Below, in pieces: positions 29,795-44,490 of a stretch of DNA of 64,000 nt. The DNA comes from the human T2T-CHM13v2.0 reference genome, Homo sapiens. The position numbers and the translations under genes were made by a program. Numbering within the stretch: position 1 is the first letter of the stretch; every line of letters begins with the position of its first letter. Below the pieces are notes generated by a model that had not been told where the DNA came from, made no database searches, and was given only the letters and a program-made list of their open reading frames with translations. The stretch is taken from assembly GCF_009914755.1 (NCBI RefSeq), contig NC_060939.1. One strand, 5' to 3'.

Positions 29795-30094
29795 TTTTTT
29801 TTTTTTTTTTTGAGAAGGAGTTTCGCTCTTGTCACCCAGGCTGGAGTGCAATGGTGCGGGCTCGGCTCACTGCAACCTCTGCCTCCCCCGGGTTCAAGGG
29901 ATTCTCCTGCCTCAGCCTCCTGAGGAGCTGGGATTACAGGCACCCGCCACACACCCAGCTAATTTTCTATTTCCAGTAGAGATGGGGTTTCACCATGTTG
30001 GCCAGGCTGGTTTTGAACTCCTGACCTCAGGTGATCTGCCTGCCTCGGCCTCCCAAAGTGCTGGGATTACAGGCGTGAGCCATGGCACACAGCC
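29795..30094 (-). mobile_element. Alu (AluS-like) with offset TSD
   Basis: Duplication ttatctgcattttcaaa at 29755-29771 and 30095-30111. Confidence 0.92.
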
Positions 30095-30396
30095 TTATCT
30101 GCATTTTCAAACGGACCAGTATGATGGTTTACACTATACTGAAAGTCATCTTTTAAAAAGAACTTTAAAACATTAACTATATATAAAACTATGTTAAAAT
30201 AAAAAGACAAATTTCATAATAAAGAAATCGAACAAGAAAACACAAATATACAGAACTGAAAATGAGAAAGATAAAGTTTACCAGATGGAAAGAATCAAGT
30301 ATTTTATGCACCAAGCCCAGTTAGTTTTGCAAGTGAACTATTTCAAAACTTTTGAAGAAAAGGTAATTCTTACGTCATATACACATTTCTCAAGAG

Positions 30397-30556
30397 CAGC
30401 ACTATACAATACGGCAACCGCTAGCCATACATAGTTATTAAGCACTTGAAATATGGCTAGTGCAACTGATGGGTAAACTTTTAATGTTATTTGAATTCAA
30501 TCTATTTAAATTTAAGTAAGTGAATGTACCTAGTGGCTACCAAATGGAGAGTGCAG
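30397..30556. mobile_element. MER3-like hAT-Charlie MITE within an L1M ORF2 remnant (about 30150-31150, +)
   Basis: gcacttgaaatatggctagtgcaactg...tagtggctaccaaatggagagtgcag; degenerate 8-bp TSD ctcaagag/ctgtagag. Confidence 0.7.
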
Positions 30557-31375
30557 CTGTAGAGGGTAAAAAAACGAAAGCTTCCCATTTTAGTATTATG
30601 ATACCAAGAAACTAATGGCCATTTTAACTTATAATGCAAGAAAAGTCTGGATAAAATGCTAGTATGTTGAACCTAATAGGGGTTGAAAAGAATATGCAAT
30701 GATCGAGGGCTGTTTTTTTTAACGCAGGAATTCAAGGACGCCTTAATAATCAGGAAATTAAATATAATTCATGACATCAATTACAGCAAGGAGAAAAACT
30801 CTATAACTTTGTCTTCAGATGCTAAGAATGCATCAATAAAATTCAATATCCATTCCCGATTATTAAAAAAAAAATACTTTCCCGGCACAATAAATAAGAG
30901 ACACCATGAATCGACAGGCATCAGCAAACCTGAAACTAAAACACCAGAAGTATTCCCATTAAAGTCTGGAAGGAACTAGACAAAATAGCAACTGTAATTA
31001 TTATTATGTACCATATTCTTATAAGCAATATGAAAATAAAAAGAAATATGACACATAACTACTAGGAAAAAAGAGAATAAAATCATTACTATCTGTAAAA
31101 GAAAAGCCATTAAAATCAGTTGAAACTCTTAAAACTAAGAAATGACTATTAGGTTTTCACTCATTAAAATAGATTATCTTCAAATGGAAATGCTGATAAT
31201 AAAGTACATTTAAAAGAAATTCACTAGTAAGTGAATTTAAAACATTATAAAAGTATCACAAAGTCTTAAGAACCAAATTCTACTGAGCTTTCCCTTGAAA
31301 TAAATTAAATCAAATTTGCTAGTAAAACCCTTCAAAGGTTTCTGACGCCTAGGTTACCCCACATGACTAAGGATT

Positions 31376-31415
31376 CACACACAGACACAGACACACACAC
31401 ACACACACACACACA
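31376..31415. repeat. (CA)n microsatellite
   Basis: Directly visible. Confidence 0.9.
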
Positions 31416-32256
31416 GATTATCAACACTGACTTCCTATTGACCCAGCAACCAACCATGGCAGACCTAAAACCAGTTCAGAAAAAGGCTAATTAATATTTA
31501 TTTTCCTCATGCTGTGAAAAGAAGAATATCATGTTTCCTCTCAGAATATGTCCTTGAACTTTTAAAGATTTAACCATATGGAAGAGATCTAAAGGAGTAT
31601 ATGAAAAGGCTAAAGATTTGGAATCCTAATTCAATTTCCCCTCACATTTTAATAGGAGCCTGCAGCAAATATTTATTTTTAGAGATATTCTCAGTAGGGA
31701 AAAGAACAAAACGCTATTGTGTGCTAAACATGGTGAGGTCTCTCTGGTCCCATCTATACCAACTTTATAAACATCAGGTTAGAATTAAATAACTTTAAAC
31801 TTTAAATCAACTATTTCCAGACCACAAAATCTATTCTACACTTATCGGCACACATAAGTTCTCTAAGTGACTTATAGCTGAGTTCAAATGTGAAATCTGG
31901 ATTTTTCAAGTGCCAATAAAAGAACTTTCCTTCGGACTTTGACTGAATAATGCTGAATTGTCCAAGAATGCCATGTAATGTTTTCATTTCCTTTTCCAAC
32001 AAAAATTTTCATCTGCACTTGATAAATTTACTGACTCCGTATCATTTATGATGAAAAGCATATGGGTACCGATCATATTGGTCTCCACTATTTTCTTATT
32101 AAATAGGAATTACAACTTTTTCTCAAAGTTTAACAAAAGTAAAAAAAGATGAAGTTTACAGGTGTGCCCTGATCACTATGAACATCTCTTTATATGTGTC
32201 CTGTCATGAGTCTGTTAAAATGCAAAAGGAAACAAGAAATTATCTACGATTAGCAA

Positions 32257-33081
32257 TGTGGTCATTTTAAAACATAGCCACAAATACTTTGACATGCCTC
32301 CCATCAAAAGGCAGAGTCAGTTCCCTCCCTTTGAACATGGGCCAGCTGCAGTGACTCACTTCTAATAAACAGAATGTGGCAGAAGTGGGGCTGAAGGCTT
32401 TGAAGGCTAGGTCATAAAAGGTGATATACCTTCCTCCTGGCTCTCCCTGTTGGGTTGCTTACCCATAAAACTTTGCCACCATGCTGTAAGGAAGCCAAGC
32501 AGCCATATGGAAAGGCCTTAGTTCTACTCCCAAACAAGGTTCCAGACAACAACTGGCATCAGCCCCGAGACATGTGCTTGAAATAGCCTCCATATGACTT
32601 TAGCCCCCAGGCTTTGGGCCATCTCAATAGACACCACGTGGGGCCAGGTGCAGTGGCTCATGCCTGTAATCCCAGCACTTTGAGGGGCAGAAGCAGGCAA
32701 ATCACCTGAGGTCAGGAGTTCAAGAGCAGCCTGGCCAACATGGTGAAACCCCATCTCTACTAAAAATACAAAAATTAGCCTGGCGTGATGGTGGTTGCCT
32801 GTAATCGCAGCTACTCGTGAGGCTGAACCTGGAGAATCGTTTGAACCCAGGAGACAGAGGTTTCAGTGAGCTAAGATTGCACCATTGCACTCCAGCCTGG
32901 GCGACAAGAGGGAAACTCCATTACAAAAAAAAAAAAAAAAATAGACACCACGTGGAAGAGACAAGCTATTCCCACCAAACCATGCAAGAATGGCAGATGC
33001 TTGAAAAAATAAGAACCATCTTTATTTTAAGCCACTAGGCTTTGAGTGTTAATTATTATGCAACAACAGGTAACTGGAACA
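32257..33081 (+). mobile_element. MLT1-family (MaLR) solo LTR split by an Alu
   Basis: TG...CA ends; cagaatgtggcagaagtg and ttttaagccacta...gcaacaacaggtaactggaaca motifs. Confidence 0.78.
32642..32941 (+). mobile_element. Alu (AluS-like) with 16-bp TSD
   Basis: TSD aatagacaccacgtgg on both sides. Confidence 0.93.
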
Positions 33082-33305
33082 CATAGATTATTTCAGCCCA
33101 ATGCAGCCATCTTATTCTTTCCATTTCAAAACTACCTGAGAAGACAAATCTGTTTCAAAGAAAAAAAAAAAATGTTGACATTCCTGGTCTCAGTCAACTC
33201 ACCCTAGAAAGCCAAAAGCTGGAATCCCAGCATTTATTACCTGTGGCTGCCAGCTAGCCTTCTCTTGGGCAGTTTTCTTCTCACTCCTTAATATACCAGA
33301 CTCTC

Positions 33306-33602
<297 letters not shown>

Positions 33603-33604
33603 TC

Positions 33605-33608
<4 letters not shown>

Positions 33609-33652
<44 letters not shown>

Positions 33653-33662
33653 ACACATACTA

Positions 33663-33734
<72 letters not shown>

Positions 33735-33735
33735 A
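33609..33735. repeat. Compound microsatellite (CA)20-CTAGA-CACATA-CTAGA-(CA)33-CTAGA
   Basis: Counted from the sequence. Confidence 0.95.
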
Positions 33736-34829
33736 CTCTCTGGCCTCTTCTGTCCTGTCTTAAACTTACTCCTAGCTTTGAAAAGTTGCTTTTATTAAAC
33801 ACCCTGGCTTATGAGACTGCTGCTACTGCTAACATACGCTACACATTTTTAATCAAGGAACAAGTAAAATTTGCCTAAAAAAGTAATTCTATGACTTTGA
33901 GGCAGGTAACCAGTTCAAGATGTTTTAATGAAGCCATTAAAATGGGTTATCAATCAACCCAAATAATCATATCAAAACATTTACTCTTCCTCCTAATAAA
34001 CACTAGGGAGGGAAATATCCTAATTACTCAAATAAGGTTTTTCTTAAAGAAACACAGCCTAAATGTTAAAAGCTAGAAGCAATCGTGAAGATAATCTAGT
34101 TTAGAACTTTTTTTAAGCCACTGGGAAACTGACAAAATCCAGGGAAGATCTTCATGACTTAAGTAAAAAATGTCTACCTCACTCCATCTCCACCTAGGAT
34201 GTCAACCTGCCATCATATAATGACAATTTGAAACTTCAATTCTGTTTGTATTTTACCAAAAAAATTACAAATACAATTTTGTTAGTATTTTATAGCTACA
34301 GCAATAAAATGTACTCCATGCAATGTTATTTAATGTTTTATCTTTAAAGTTTAGGATTATGACAAATCCCAGTTAGGATAAACAAAAGTATCCCTGGGAA
34401 TCCATAGTCTTCTTATAAAAAATTAAAAGTGGCTGTTCTATTTCTATCATAAGAAGTATTAGTAATCATTGCCCTAGTCCAAATCATTTGGGAAAACAAG
34501 CCCAGCAAGGTTACATAACTGGCCTGAGGCCATAAAACTAGTTAGTGGCAATACTATGGCCAGAATTTTGGTATACTCATGCTTCCTAGTCATGCAGGGG
34601 ACTCAACCAGATTTCAATTAATAAAAGAAAAACAATTACTATATGTTTCAATTCAAAAAGCCCCATCAAAGTGGCTGGCTGCATTTCAGTTCCTTCAATG
34701 TTACACTCAAAATCCTTCTGGTAGACTATCTTTCTCTTTAATGTAAAGAAAACAGAACCTTAATGGAGGCACCTCAGGCATCACCAGGTGAATGGAAGGC
34801 GAATGCAGCCAAGAGTGTGGACTGGCTAT

Positions 34830-35248
34830 TCAAAAGCCATTCACAACCCCAATATCTTTTGCCTTAACTACAGAGGCTGGAAGAGTAAAACACTCAATCC
34901 CAGGGCTCCCTGGCAGCTAGAGAGGATATATGACAAAATTACAAAAATGAGCATATATACAGAAGTCACTAGAGAGGCATTTCTTTCCAAATAAAAACAT
35001 TAATCCTGTTAGAAGGTCTTGACCCTTGTGCTCTCTTCCTGCGAGGAATGTGGGTATGATTCTCAGAGATATAAGGCCATCTTGCTTCTACGGGGACAAA
35101 AGCCACATGCTGAGCCACTGGCTCCCTGATGACACAGAAGAGTCATGACACCAGCCCTGGACTGTCCACCCTTGGGCTTTCTACTGAGTGAAGTTTAAGA
35201 CTATGCAGTTGGTTTTCTGGTTACTTGCAGCTAAATACAATCTTAACT
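34830..35248 (+). mobile_element. Old MLT1 (I/J/K-like) LTR
   Basis: ccctggcagctag, ggccatcttg, tccctgatgac and gttacttgcagctaaa MaLR motifs. Confidence 0.6.
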
Positions 35249-36760
35249 CTTATAGGAAATAAATCTGGCTTTTCCTCTTCAATCCATTTTTTCCCGAAGT
35301 GGTTGGTTGTCCATCAGGCTTAGTCTTATATAAGTAAATTTGGTAAACAAAGATTTAGTCACCTTCATCCTTACCCCATGTTGTGCTACCATCTCACTTT
35401 TTTAAAAGGTCAGTAAAAGACATCAAGGTATATCTCTTCTCCAAGAATAAATGAAAAATTTTAGCTTATAGTAGGTTTGTCTCCCCGTACCATATGGCAG
35501 AGCCAAGGCTGCCTTGGGAAGCAGAAGAGAGAGAAATGGTATCTCTCCTTATACACCACTTAACCTCAATCCTGGAAGGCATCTAGAAATTCAGCAACAG
35601 AAAGAAAACCAGAAACTAATGCATGCCACAGTCTCATCCTCTACTAGGGAAAGAACACAAGCACCAGGCCTTAATTAGAGAAGATCGTATAAAAACCATT
35701 CACTCAGCAGAATGCCTTTTCTTTCCCTTGAGCATCATGCTGGAGATCTTATACCTCATGTTCCATTTAATTTGAGCAATACAGTAATCTCAAGGAAGGC
35801 TTATGAACAAAAGTAGGGTGTTTTCCATTCTTCCAATGTCCTTTCTGATAAAGCTGGCTGTGGCAGCTTAATAAGATGTATCAATTGTTAAGGTTAAATG
35901 GCATTTTCCAAAGGGATGGAAGAAAATAGGTAACACTGATGAGAAGCTAAGCATTCTACAAATTTCATGCCAAAAAATTAAATAAAGAAAAGAATATATC
36001 TCTGTAGGTGAATAGCAAAATGCTTTGGCAAATTTTTGGGATTCAAGTTTATAAAATCCAGACAAACCATTAGCTATTCTGGACCAACAGACTAGGCCTT
36101 TTTTAAAAAAGTTAAACCTTTTTCTAAAAAGCGGAGAATTCCCAAACCAAGCAATCACTCAATAAATAGCTCTATAGCTGACAATGACCCTAAGGGTTCA
36201 GAATCTAACAGTACAATGGGATACAGTATTCTACAATACACTCTGGATGCAAGAGAAATTTCTTAATCTGAGTCTTTAGGGTTGCACTAGAAAACTCAAA
36301 AAGTGAATTCTGCACATGGGGGACAGAAGTCAAACAAGTGATAACATTAAGGAGATGAAGAGTAATATTTACAGATATAAACGACGATCAACTAATCTTA
36401 GCAAAGCAATATTCAAAGGATAAAAGCATGCGAAAAAAGCAATGAGTTTAAATAGACCTTTACATCAGAATAGTTTCTGACAATTTAGAACCTAATCTGT
36501 AGAACCAGAAATGCCTTAGTCATCTAGATTGACTTTATGTGAACAGGAATTTCCCCTCTCACTCTGAAATAAATGGAACTCCAGCTTAGGCTAGAGCATT
36601 TACTAATTACTTAAGCAATACATTTTTAAAACAGAGCTACTATAATTTACAGCAAGAAACTGATCTCCATGTGAGTTACTCCAATGTACTAAGTTAAAGA
36701 TACCAGAAAAAAAAATTATCAAACTAAAGAATAAAGTTATTCCCTTCAAAAATTTCACTA

Positions 36761-37045
<285 letters not shown>

Positions 37046-38049
37046 TCATCAGTAAGATATGGTATAGCAACATTTCATGTAAACCTGAAATATGAACATT
37101 TGAAATGGTGTGATAAAATATGCCTCACTTTATGAATAAAATCTGAAATACTCAAACTTCTCAAATACTAAAAAATTGTCTAGATTCCCATTTAATCATA
37201 AGCTTTATGGCTAAGTAACATAAATTCTGTTGTGACCTGGTATTGTCACTTTAGCTGATCCTCACAGTCCCTGGTTATTTATGTGAACCACATCATACAC
37301 CAGTTCTGGTGACTACTGTGCTATCATTTGAACACTCATTATTACTATTATCCTTTCAAGTTGTTTTATTTATAATGTTCTTCAAGTATTCAACAAGGGC
37401 TGGTGCTAGTGCCAAGTAACATATAAAAATAACTTTGGAAGGGTAGTTAGATGTGATAAAAATGCCAAAAAAAAAGGCCTAACTGCTATTATATGCTATA
37501 TTGTTCATATGGAAGAGCATGCTGTGATATATTAGGAACACTAATGAGAGGACAGAGTACATTTACAGCAAAAATATACAAGTACAAGTACATTAGATTT
37601 ATTAGCTCCCCGTACATCATATTTATTCTTATGGAACTATTGTCTCAAATGATTCAAATTTTGCATTGTGTGAAGTCTTCAGAAATATACCCACCATATA
37701 AATGCAAGTATCCAGAAGGCATTTCAATTAACCAACCAACCAATCTTTGGTGCTCATAGGCCTGGGGTGCTGCCCTAATGCTATGAAGGGAAAAAAATGG
37801 CTGAGATACAACATAAACAAAGAGATTAACATCACAAGCATAGGGTGACCAACAAAAAGGTAGTATAGGCAAGTAAATTCATAAAGGTTCAGAGGAAGGA
37901 GAGGCCCCTGTGCTAGGGTAGACTCTAGAAATTTCATGAAAATGATGACCTTTCAGGCACATGTTACATCTAAATGTATGTGTTCTGCTAAAATGACAAC
38001 TCTCAAAGTAGCTCTAAAGATGGGCTGGAGAGATAGAAAAATTATAAGA

Positions 38050-39782
38050 ACTGAATAGAAAGAAATGGAATTATCTACACAATATGACTGTCCACTTAAA
38101 ACAAGCTACGGATAAATTATAATTAGTGAGACAGCTTAGCAAGGTGGCAAAAATGCAAGATCAATATACAAAAGTTAATTATACTTCTATAATTAGGAAT
38201 AGAAAATGCATAAATAGAATAGCAATAAATAGAAAATATGTGTATTTAAAATGATTTTTAGAATAGCAACAAAATCTAACAAGTGATCAAAACTCTTTAT
38301 AAATAAAACTATAAAACTTCATGAAAAACATTTAAAATGACCTAAATAAATAGATAAATAAACCTAATACATTCATGGATGGAAAGATGCTGTATTATAA
38401 AATGCTGATTCATGCCAAATAGGTGTATGGACATAAAGTAATTCCAATCGAAGCCTCAACAGGGCTTTTCATAGAAGCTGACAAGCTGACCATAAACTTG
38501 ATATATAGGAGCAAATGGGAACAAACAAGACACTAACAAAGAAAAACACGGTAAAGGGATTTGGTCTTTTTGATGTCAAAACATTTAAAAATGAAGACAG
38601 CACTGAATAGAGATAGTTAGAGACAACCAGAAAAAAATAAAATTAGTCCAGAAACAGACCTATGTACATAGGTAATAATCTGATTTCTGACAGAGTGGAC
38701 AAAGCTAATCAGTGGATAAAGATGGACTATTCAATAATGTTGGAACAGCTGGACATTTAAATGAGGAAAAAATGAACCTGGATGCCTTCTTTGCAAACAA
38801 TGAATTAAATATTTAAACACGAAAGGTAAAATATTAAAATTTAGAAGAAAACATAAGAGAGTTTTGTGACTTCAACATAGACTTAATTTCAATTTTCTTA
38901 GGATACAAAAAGCAAAACCCATAAAATAATGATAATTCGAGTACATTTACATTAATAACTTCTGCCTATTAAAAGGTACCAAATGGAAAGTAAAAACAAG
39001 TTCTACACTGGAGAAGAAATTTGCAAAATTCAAAACTGACAAGGAATTAGTATCCAGAATATACAAAGGACATCTGAAAAGCAGTATTTAAAACAATAAA
39101 GTACCATAATAGAAAAACAGGGAAATGACTCCAAGAACTATTAATATCTTCACACGAGAACACAAGATTGACCAATAAACACATTAAAAGAGTTATAAAG
39201 AAAATGTAAACTAAAACTGCAAAATACCGTAATATACCCATCAGACTGGCACAAATCAAAAGCCTAACAAAACCAAATTTTGGTGAGCATGTGGAACAAC
39301 TGTAACTGTTAAACACTCCTATTGGGAGTGTAAATCAGAACTACTTTGGACAATAAATTGGAATTATCTTGTTAAGCAAGAGATTACCAAGGCAACTCCA
39401 CTATAGGTATATTCCCTAGAATTTCTTGTAAAAGTGCATAAGGAGATATATACAAAAATAATCAAGGTAGCATTGATTAGATTTGAAAAAAAAAAAAAAA
39501 AAAAAAAAAACGAAAACAGCAAATATATAGTGACCAAAACACTGTATAAATAAAATGTACATTTAAGTAAAGGAATCCTATGCCACACTGAACAATAAAC
39601 GAGCTACGGGAATAGGCATTAACATAGATTAATCTCACAAAGTTAAAAAAAAAAAAGGCAGGTTGTAGAATAACTACAATGAAATTCCATTTATACAAAG
39701 TTTCAAAAGCATGCAAATGTGACAATATTCTTTAGAAATACGTACACAGGTTGTAAAACTATAAAGAAAAGCAAGAGAAGGA
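38050..39782 (+). mobile_element. L1M ORF2 and 3' remnant in intron 14
   Basis: caagatcaatatacaaaag, cattcatggatggaaag and ccagaaacagacc L1 motifs; resumes after the LTR. Confidence 0.75.
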
Positions 39783-40365
39783 TGTGGCAGACAGACTAAA
39801 AGTGCCCCTCCCATGATGCCTGCTTCCCAGTGTTCACACCTTTGTTTAGAAATCTCCTTCTCGAGTGTGAGTGGGACCTGTGACTTGCTTCTTCTAACAA
39901 ACGGAATATGGCAAAAGTGATGAGATGTCACACTGTGATTCTATACCATCATACAGGACTCTGTCTTGCTAGGAGATTCCTTCTACTCTCTTATATGGCT
40001 TGATGAAGAGGGCCTCCAAGTTGGGAAGGTCCATATGACAAGAAACTGTAGGTGGCCTCTAGGAGCTGAGGGCAGCCAAAGGCCAGAAAAAATCTGGGAC
40101 TCTTAGTACTGCAGGTGCAAATATATGAATTCTATCAACAACCTTTAGTGAGCTTGGAAGCAGGTTCTTCATCAGTCAGTCCTCCAGATGAGAATGCACC
40201 CTGGCCAACATTCTGATTGTGGCTTTGTGAGACCCTAAGGAGAAGATGTGGCTAAGCCATGTCTGGTTTTCCAACCCACAGAAACTGTGGATGACAAAAT
40301 GTGTAATGTTTCAAGCTGCTACATTTGTTGTAATCTGTAATATGCAGTAGCAGAAAACTAACACA
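39783..40365 (+). mobile_element. MLT1E/F-like solo LTR, intact ends
   Basis: TG...CA termini with perfect 5-bp TSD aagga (39778-39782, 40366-40370). Confidence 0.85.
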
Positions 40366-41722
40366 AAGGATGAACACAAATTCTGGGTAGGGGTTACTTT
40401 GAAGGTAGGTCTGAAATATTTCAGGTTTTTTTTTAAGCAGTTGGAATTAGGTTTTATGGTGCTCTGGTTACTGAAATAAGAGGCCATTTGAGCTGTCAAT
40501 GTATTGTATCATTCCTGCTTAAGACATGAGACACATAAGCAACTGATTTCAACCTGTAGCAAAGACACATTATGCAGAGATAAAGTGGATTGTTCATGGA
40601 ATTTGTAATGCCAAATAAATCAATGTTTCACTAAATAACAATTTCTTGCTCACTTACCTTCACAAAAAAGGAAAAAATTAACTGATACTTGACCCTTACT
40701 GATAAACAGCAAACTATCAAGCCAAGATAATCACAGATTACGTAGATGTATAAAAAATCATAGATGAGTTTTTATACATATCACTTTCAGACTCCCATAA
40801 AACATAACCCTATACACACCAAGTGCTGCAATCTTTCTTGCTAAATTAGAACATGCCATAGCTCAACAAGGACTGCTTCACTGCCACGCAGCTCTGCACT
40901 CTCCAAGGATTAAACTGCTAAAACTCATGGAATAAGCATTCAAGGCAAAGAAAAACTGATGGCAGAGACTTACTTCAACTGCTACCTCCTTCTCTCTCAC
41001 TTGTAGCCAAGTACCACAGCTTCCCTGGTTTATCTACAGACAGGCTGCTTCCTGCACAGAGAGGAGCATGTGTTTTTGTGCTCATGATGCTCCACGGTGC
41101 CAGCTGACAATTTCCTAGCTTACTGCTTTGTGCTGATCCAGACTGGCTGCTTGGACCTCTGGCACTGTCTTCATCCTATGACCTCTATTATTTAATTATG
41201 ATATAATTATAATGTATATATCTTGCTTACTTCCAAAAATGTTCTGAGACATCTCTAGCCTGTGATCCCTGTTTCGCCCCTTGGCTCAGGCATTTTTAGA
41301 TGCTGCCTGTTCACCTACTTACAGACCCTCCTGTCCAGACTCAGGGTCTGCGTGCCATGCAACTCCTGCCTATCCCCTGCTCACTGCCCACACCTTTGGC
41401 CTAAGCCAGCTAGTTTTTGGATCTTCCTATTTCTCAAAGACCGGCCATTGCCCTGGCTCCAGCATGACATCTGCTCTTATCAGTTCTTTTCTCTAACCAC
41501 AAGGTGACTCTTGCCTAGAAGAGAAAAGCCTTATAATTAAACAAGGCCTGAAAATTTGGTCCACATATTGGTTTCCTAAATGCTACTAATTGAGACATAT
41601 ATGACAAATGTTATCAAAGCAACACAAAAGGATACACAGTCACTCAAGTGTGCCTTTCCAGAGACAAACTAAATCTACCAACAAGATAATCACCAGTCCC
41701 AACAAAATGTGAAAAGATATCA

Positions 41723-41980
<258 letters not shown>

Positions 41981-42116
41981 TCAAGAACTGTCTGAAATAT
42001 AGAAGGAGGAGTGAATATGATATCTTTCGTCAAGTTTCAGGAAAAAAAAGAAAACAAAACAAAACAAGAATGGAAAGAATATTGATAAAAACTACGATTA
42101 AAGCTTAAAAATCTCA

Positions 42117-42500
<384 letters not shown>

Positions 42501-44289
42501 CTATCAGCCTCTCTCTAATAATGCTGTGTCCCAACTATTCTGAGCTTATGAACTGACATGCAAGAGCCCAAGTCCCCATCTGGAGCAATGTACAATAGTA
42601 TGGAACCTTTCTCAGATACCTATATTCCTTCTGGAAAAGGCAAAGAACAGGAAGAAGGAAGGGAAACAGTGACAGATACTAGGGTTTGGAACGACTCTGG
42701 CAGGGAAACAAGCATAAGGCCTCAATAACTGGGGTTCAAGAGGAAGGGTTCAAGGTCAGGATGAGTACTGGCAATTCATCAGGACTAGAAGGTCAAACTG
42801 AAATATCAGCCACTGTGTTAGACCTAAGAAGTACCATCACAGAAAAGGCAGTGTGTGGGTGTGTATGTGTGGTTTTCCATGGGGGTGAGAATGAGGAGGG
42901 GTGGGGGAGGTAATTAAGCTCTTTTTCCTAAAGAACTACCCTCATGTCTGTCAGGACGCAGAGAAGGTATTTAGAGTTTTAATACTAAAAAGGTGTTGAC
43001 AAAAGGGGAATACTAAGTTGAATACAAATTCTGTTTGGGAGTTTGGGTTTGGAAGGTAGAAACCAGGCAGGTAGACTGTTTCCTAGGACTTGGCTCCCTT
43101 CCCACGTAGAGGTCCTTATGAACCTACCTGCATGCTCAACCCCAACACATGAACAAGACCAAACCCTGTCCTAAGGCTGATAGATTAACAGCATCTTCTG
43201 CCCTATACTCTGGGAAGTGAACATCAAAGCACTCAGGCTAGTCCTCTGGTCCTAACTTTATGCTCCAGCTCTGGAAGCTGGACAACTCTTCATGGTCCCA
43301 ACACTTTGTGCCTCTCTCCCGTGTTGTCCATCACCTTTGATATTATGATTCCTGCTTTATTTGCCAATCTCAGACTTCACACCTAACTGATAACCTTCAT
43401 CCCCACTTTGCCATGCCATATTCCCCTCCTCTCTCCGTAAGCACTGGAAGCCATGCAGGTAACCATTCTCCCTACTTGTCTTCCAAATGGCCACAGACCC
43501 TTAGGGCTCCTGATGCAAAGTGGCCTAACTCCTTCTACCTTTCTATTTCACGTAAGCTAACCTGCAAGGTGACTGCTTAAATCATTGACTGTCCACTGCT
43601 ATACTCTTCAGATATCCGCCTGCTGGACAAGACTTCTCTAGTCCTAGTATCCAGGACTAGACACTACTTCTGCCTTCCTTAGCACCTGTCCCTCAAAATC
43701 AATGAGTTTAGTTCCAAGAGTAGGCCCTTCCACTCACACCCACTCTGCTGCAGGTCACTGGGCTGTGCAATAGAATACAAAAATATGAGAAACAATCCTT
43801 GAGCCTGGCTTGGTCAGGTGTCTTGTTAGGCAATCAAAACTGCTGGCACTAGGGGGCCACACTACCACTGCAAGAGACAAGCTCCTCATTATAGGAAGCT
43901 CTAAATGTCAGAACTTTCAAATACAGAATGAACTCTGCTTCCTCACAATTTCTAGCCATGGCCGCAGTTCTCTCCTCCGGAGCAACATCTAACAAACCTA
44001 CTTCCCTCTCCTTTCCTTTGAATCACCAGCATTCATGCCTTCCCCACCTTCCTTCTCTTCCCCAGGCTGAGCATTCTAGCCGTTCCTTCAACCAATCCTT
44101 TGACAACTTTCCTTGTTTCTAGACTTTTGCTAAAAACTCATAAGAATATCTGAAAAGTGTGAATTAAAATATAAATGCAGAACACATTTTTATTATTAGA
44201 GTAGGAAGGAAAAAATACCAGAGGTACCTGCTAGCATCTAAAGAGAAATGGTCTCTTCCAACAGGTTTATCACTATGATCCAGAGACTG

Positions 44290-44490
44290 TTAATCACTTT
44301 ACATATATTATAGCACATAATTTATCACAACAATTAAATGAAGTAGATATCGTATTCCTATTCTACATATAAGAAAAGGGAGACTGGAAACTTAAGTAAC
44401 TCGACCCAAAGTCACACAGATATTAAATGGAGGAGCCATAATTCAAATCCAGATCTGTATGGCTCTGAAGTCTATGCTCATTATCACCAG
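44290..44490 (-). mobile_element. MIR
   Basis: taagtaactcgacccaaagtcacacag...ggagccataattcaaatccag core. Confidence 0.7.

Noticed and set aside
36546-36555. Isolated kB-like site (another at 6768-6779) and scattered TGACTCA AP-1 motifs
   Set aside because: Expected by chance in 64 kb and lacking supporting context
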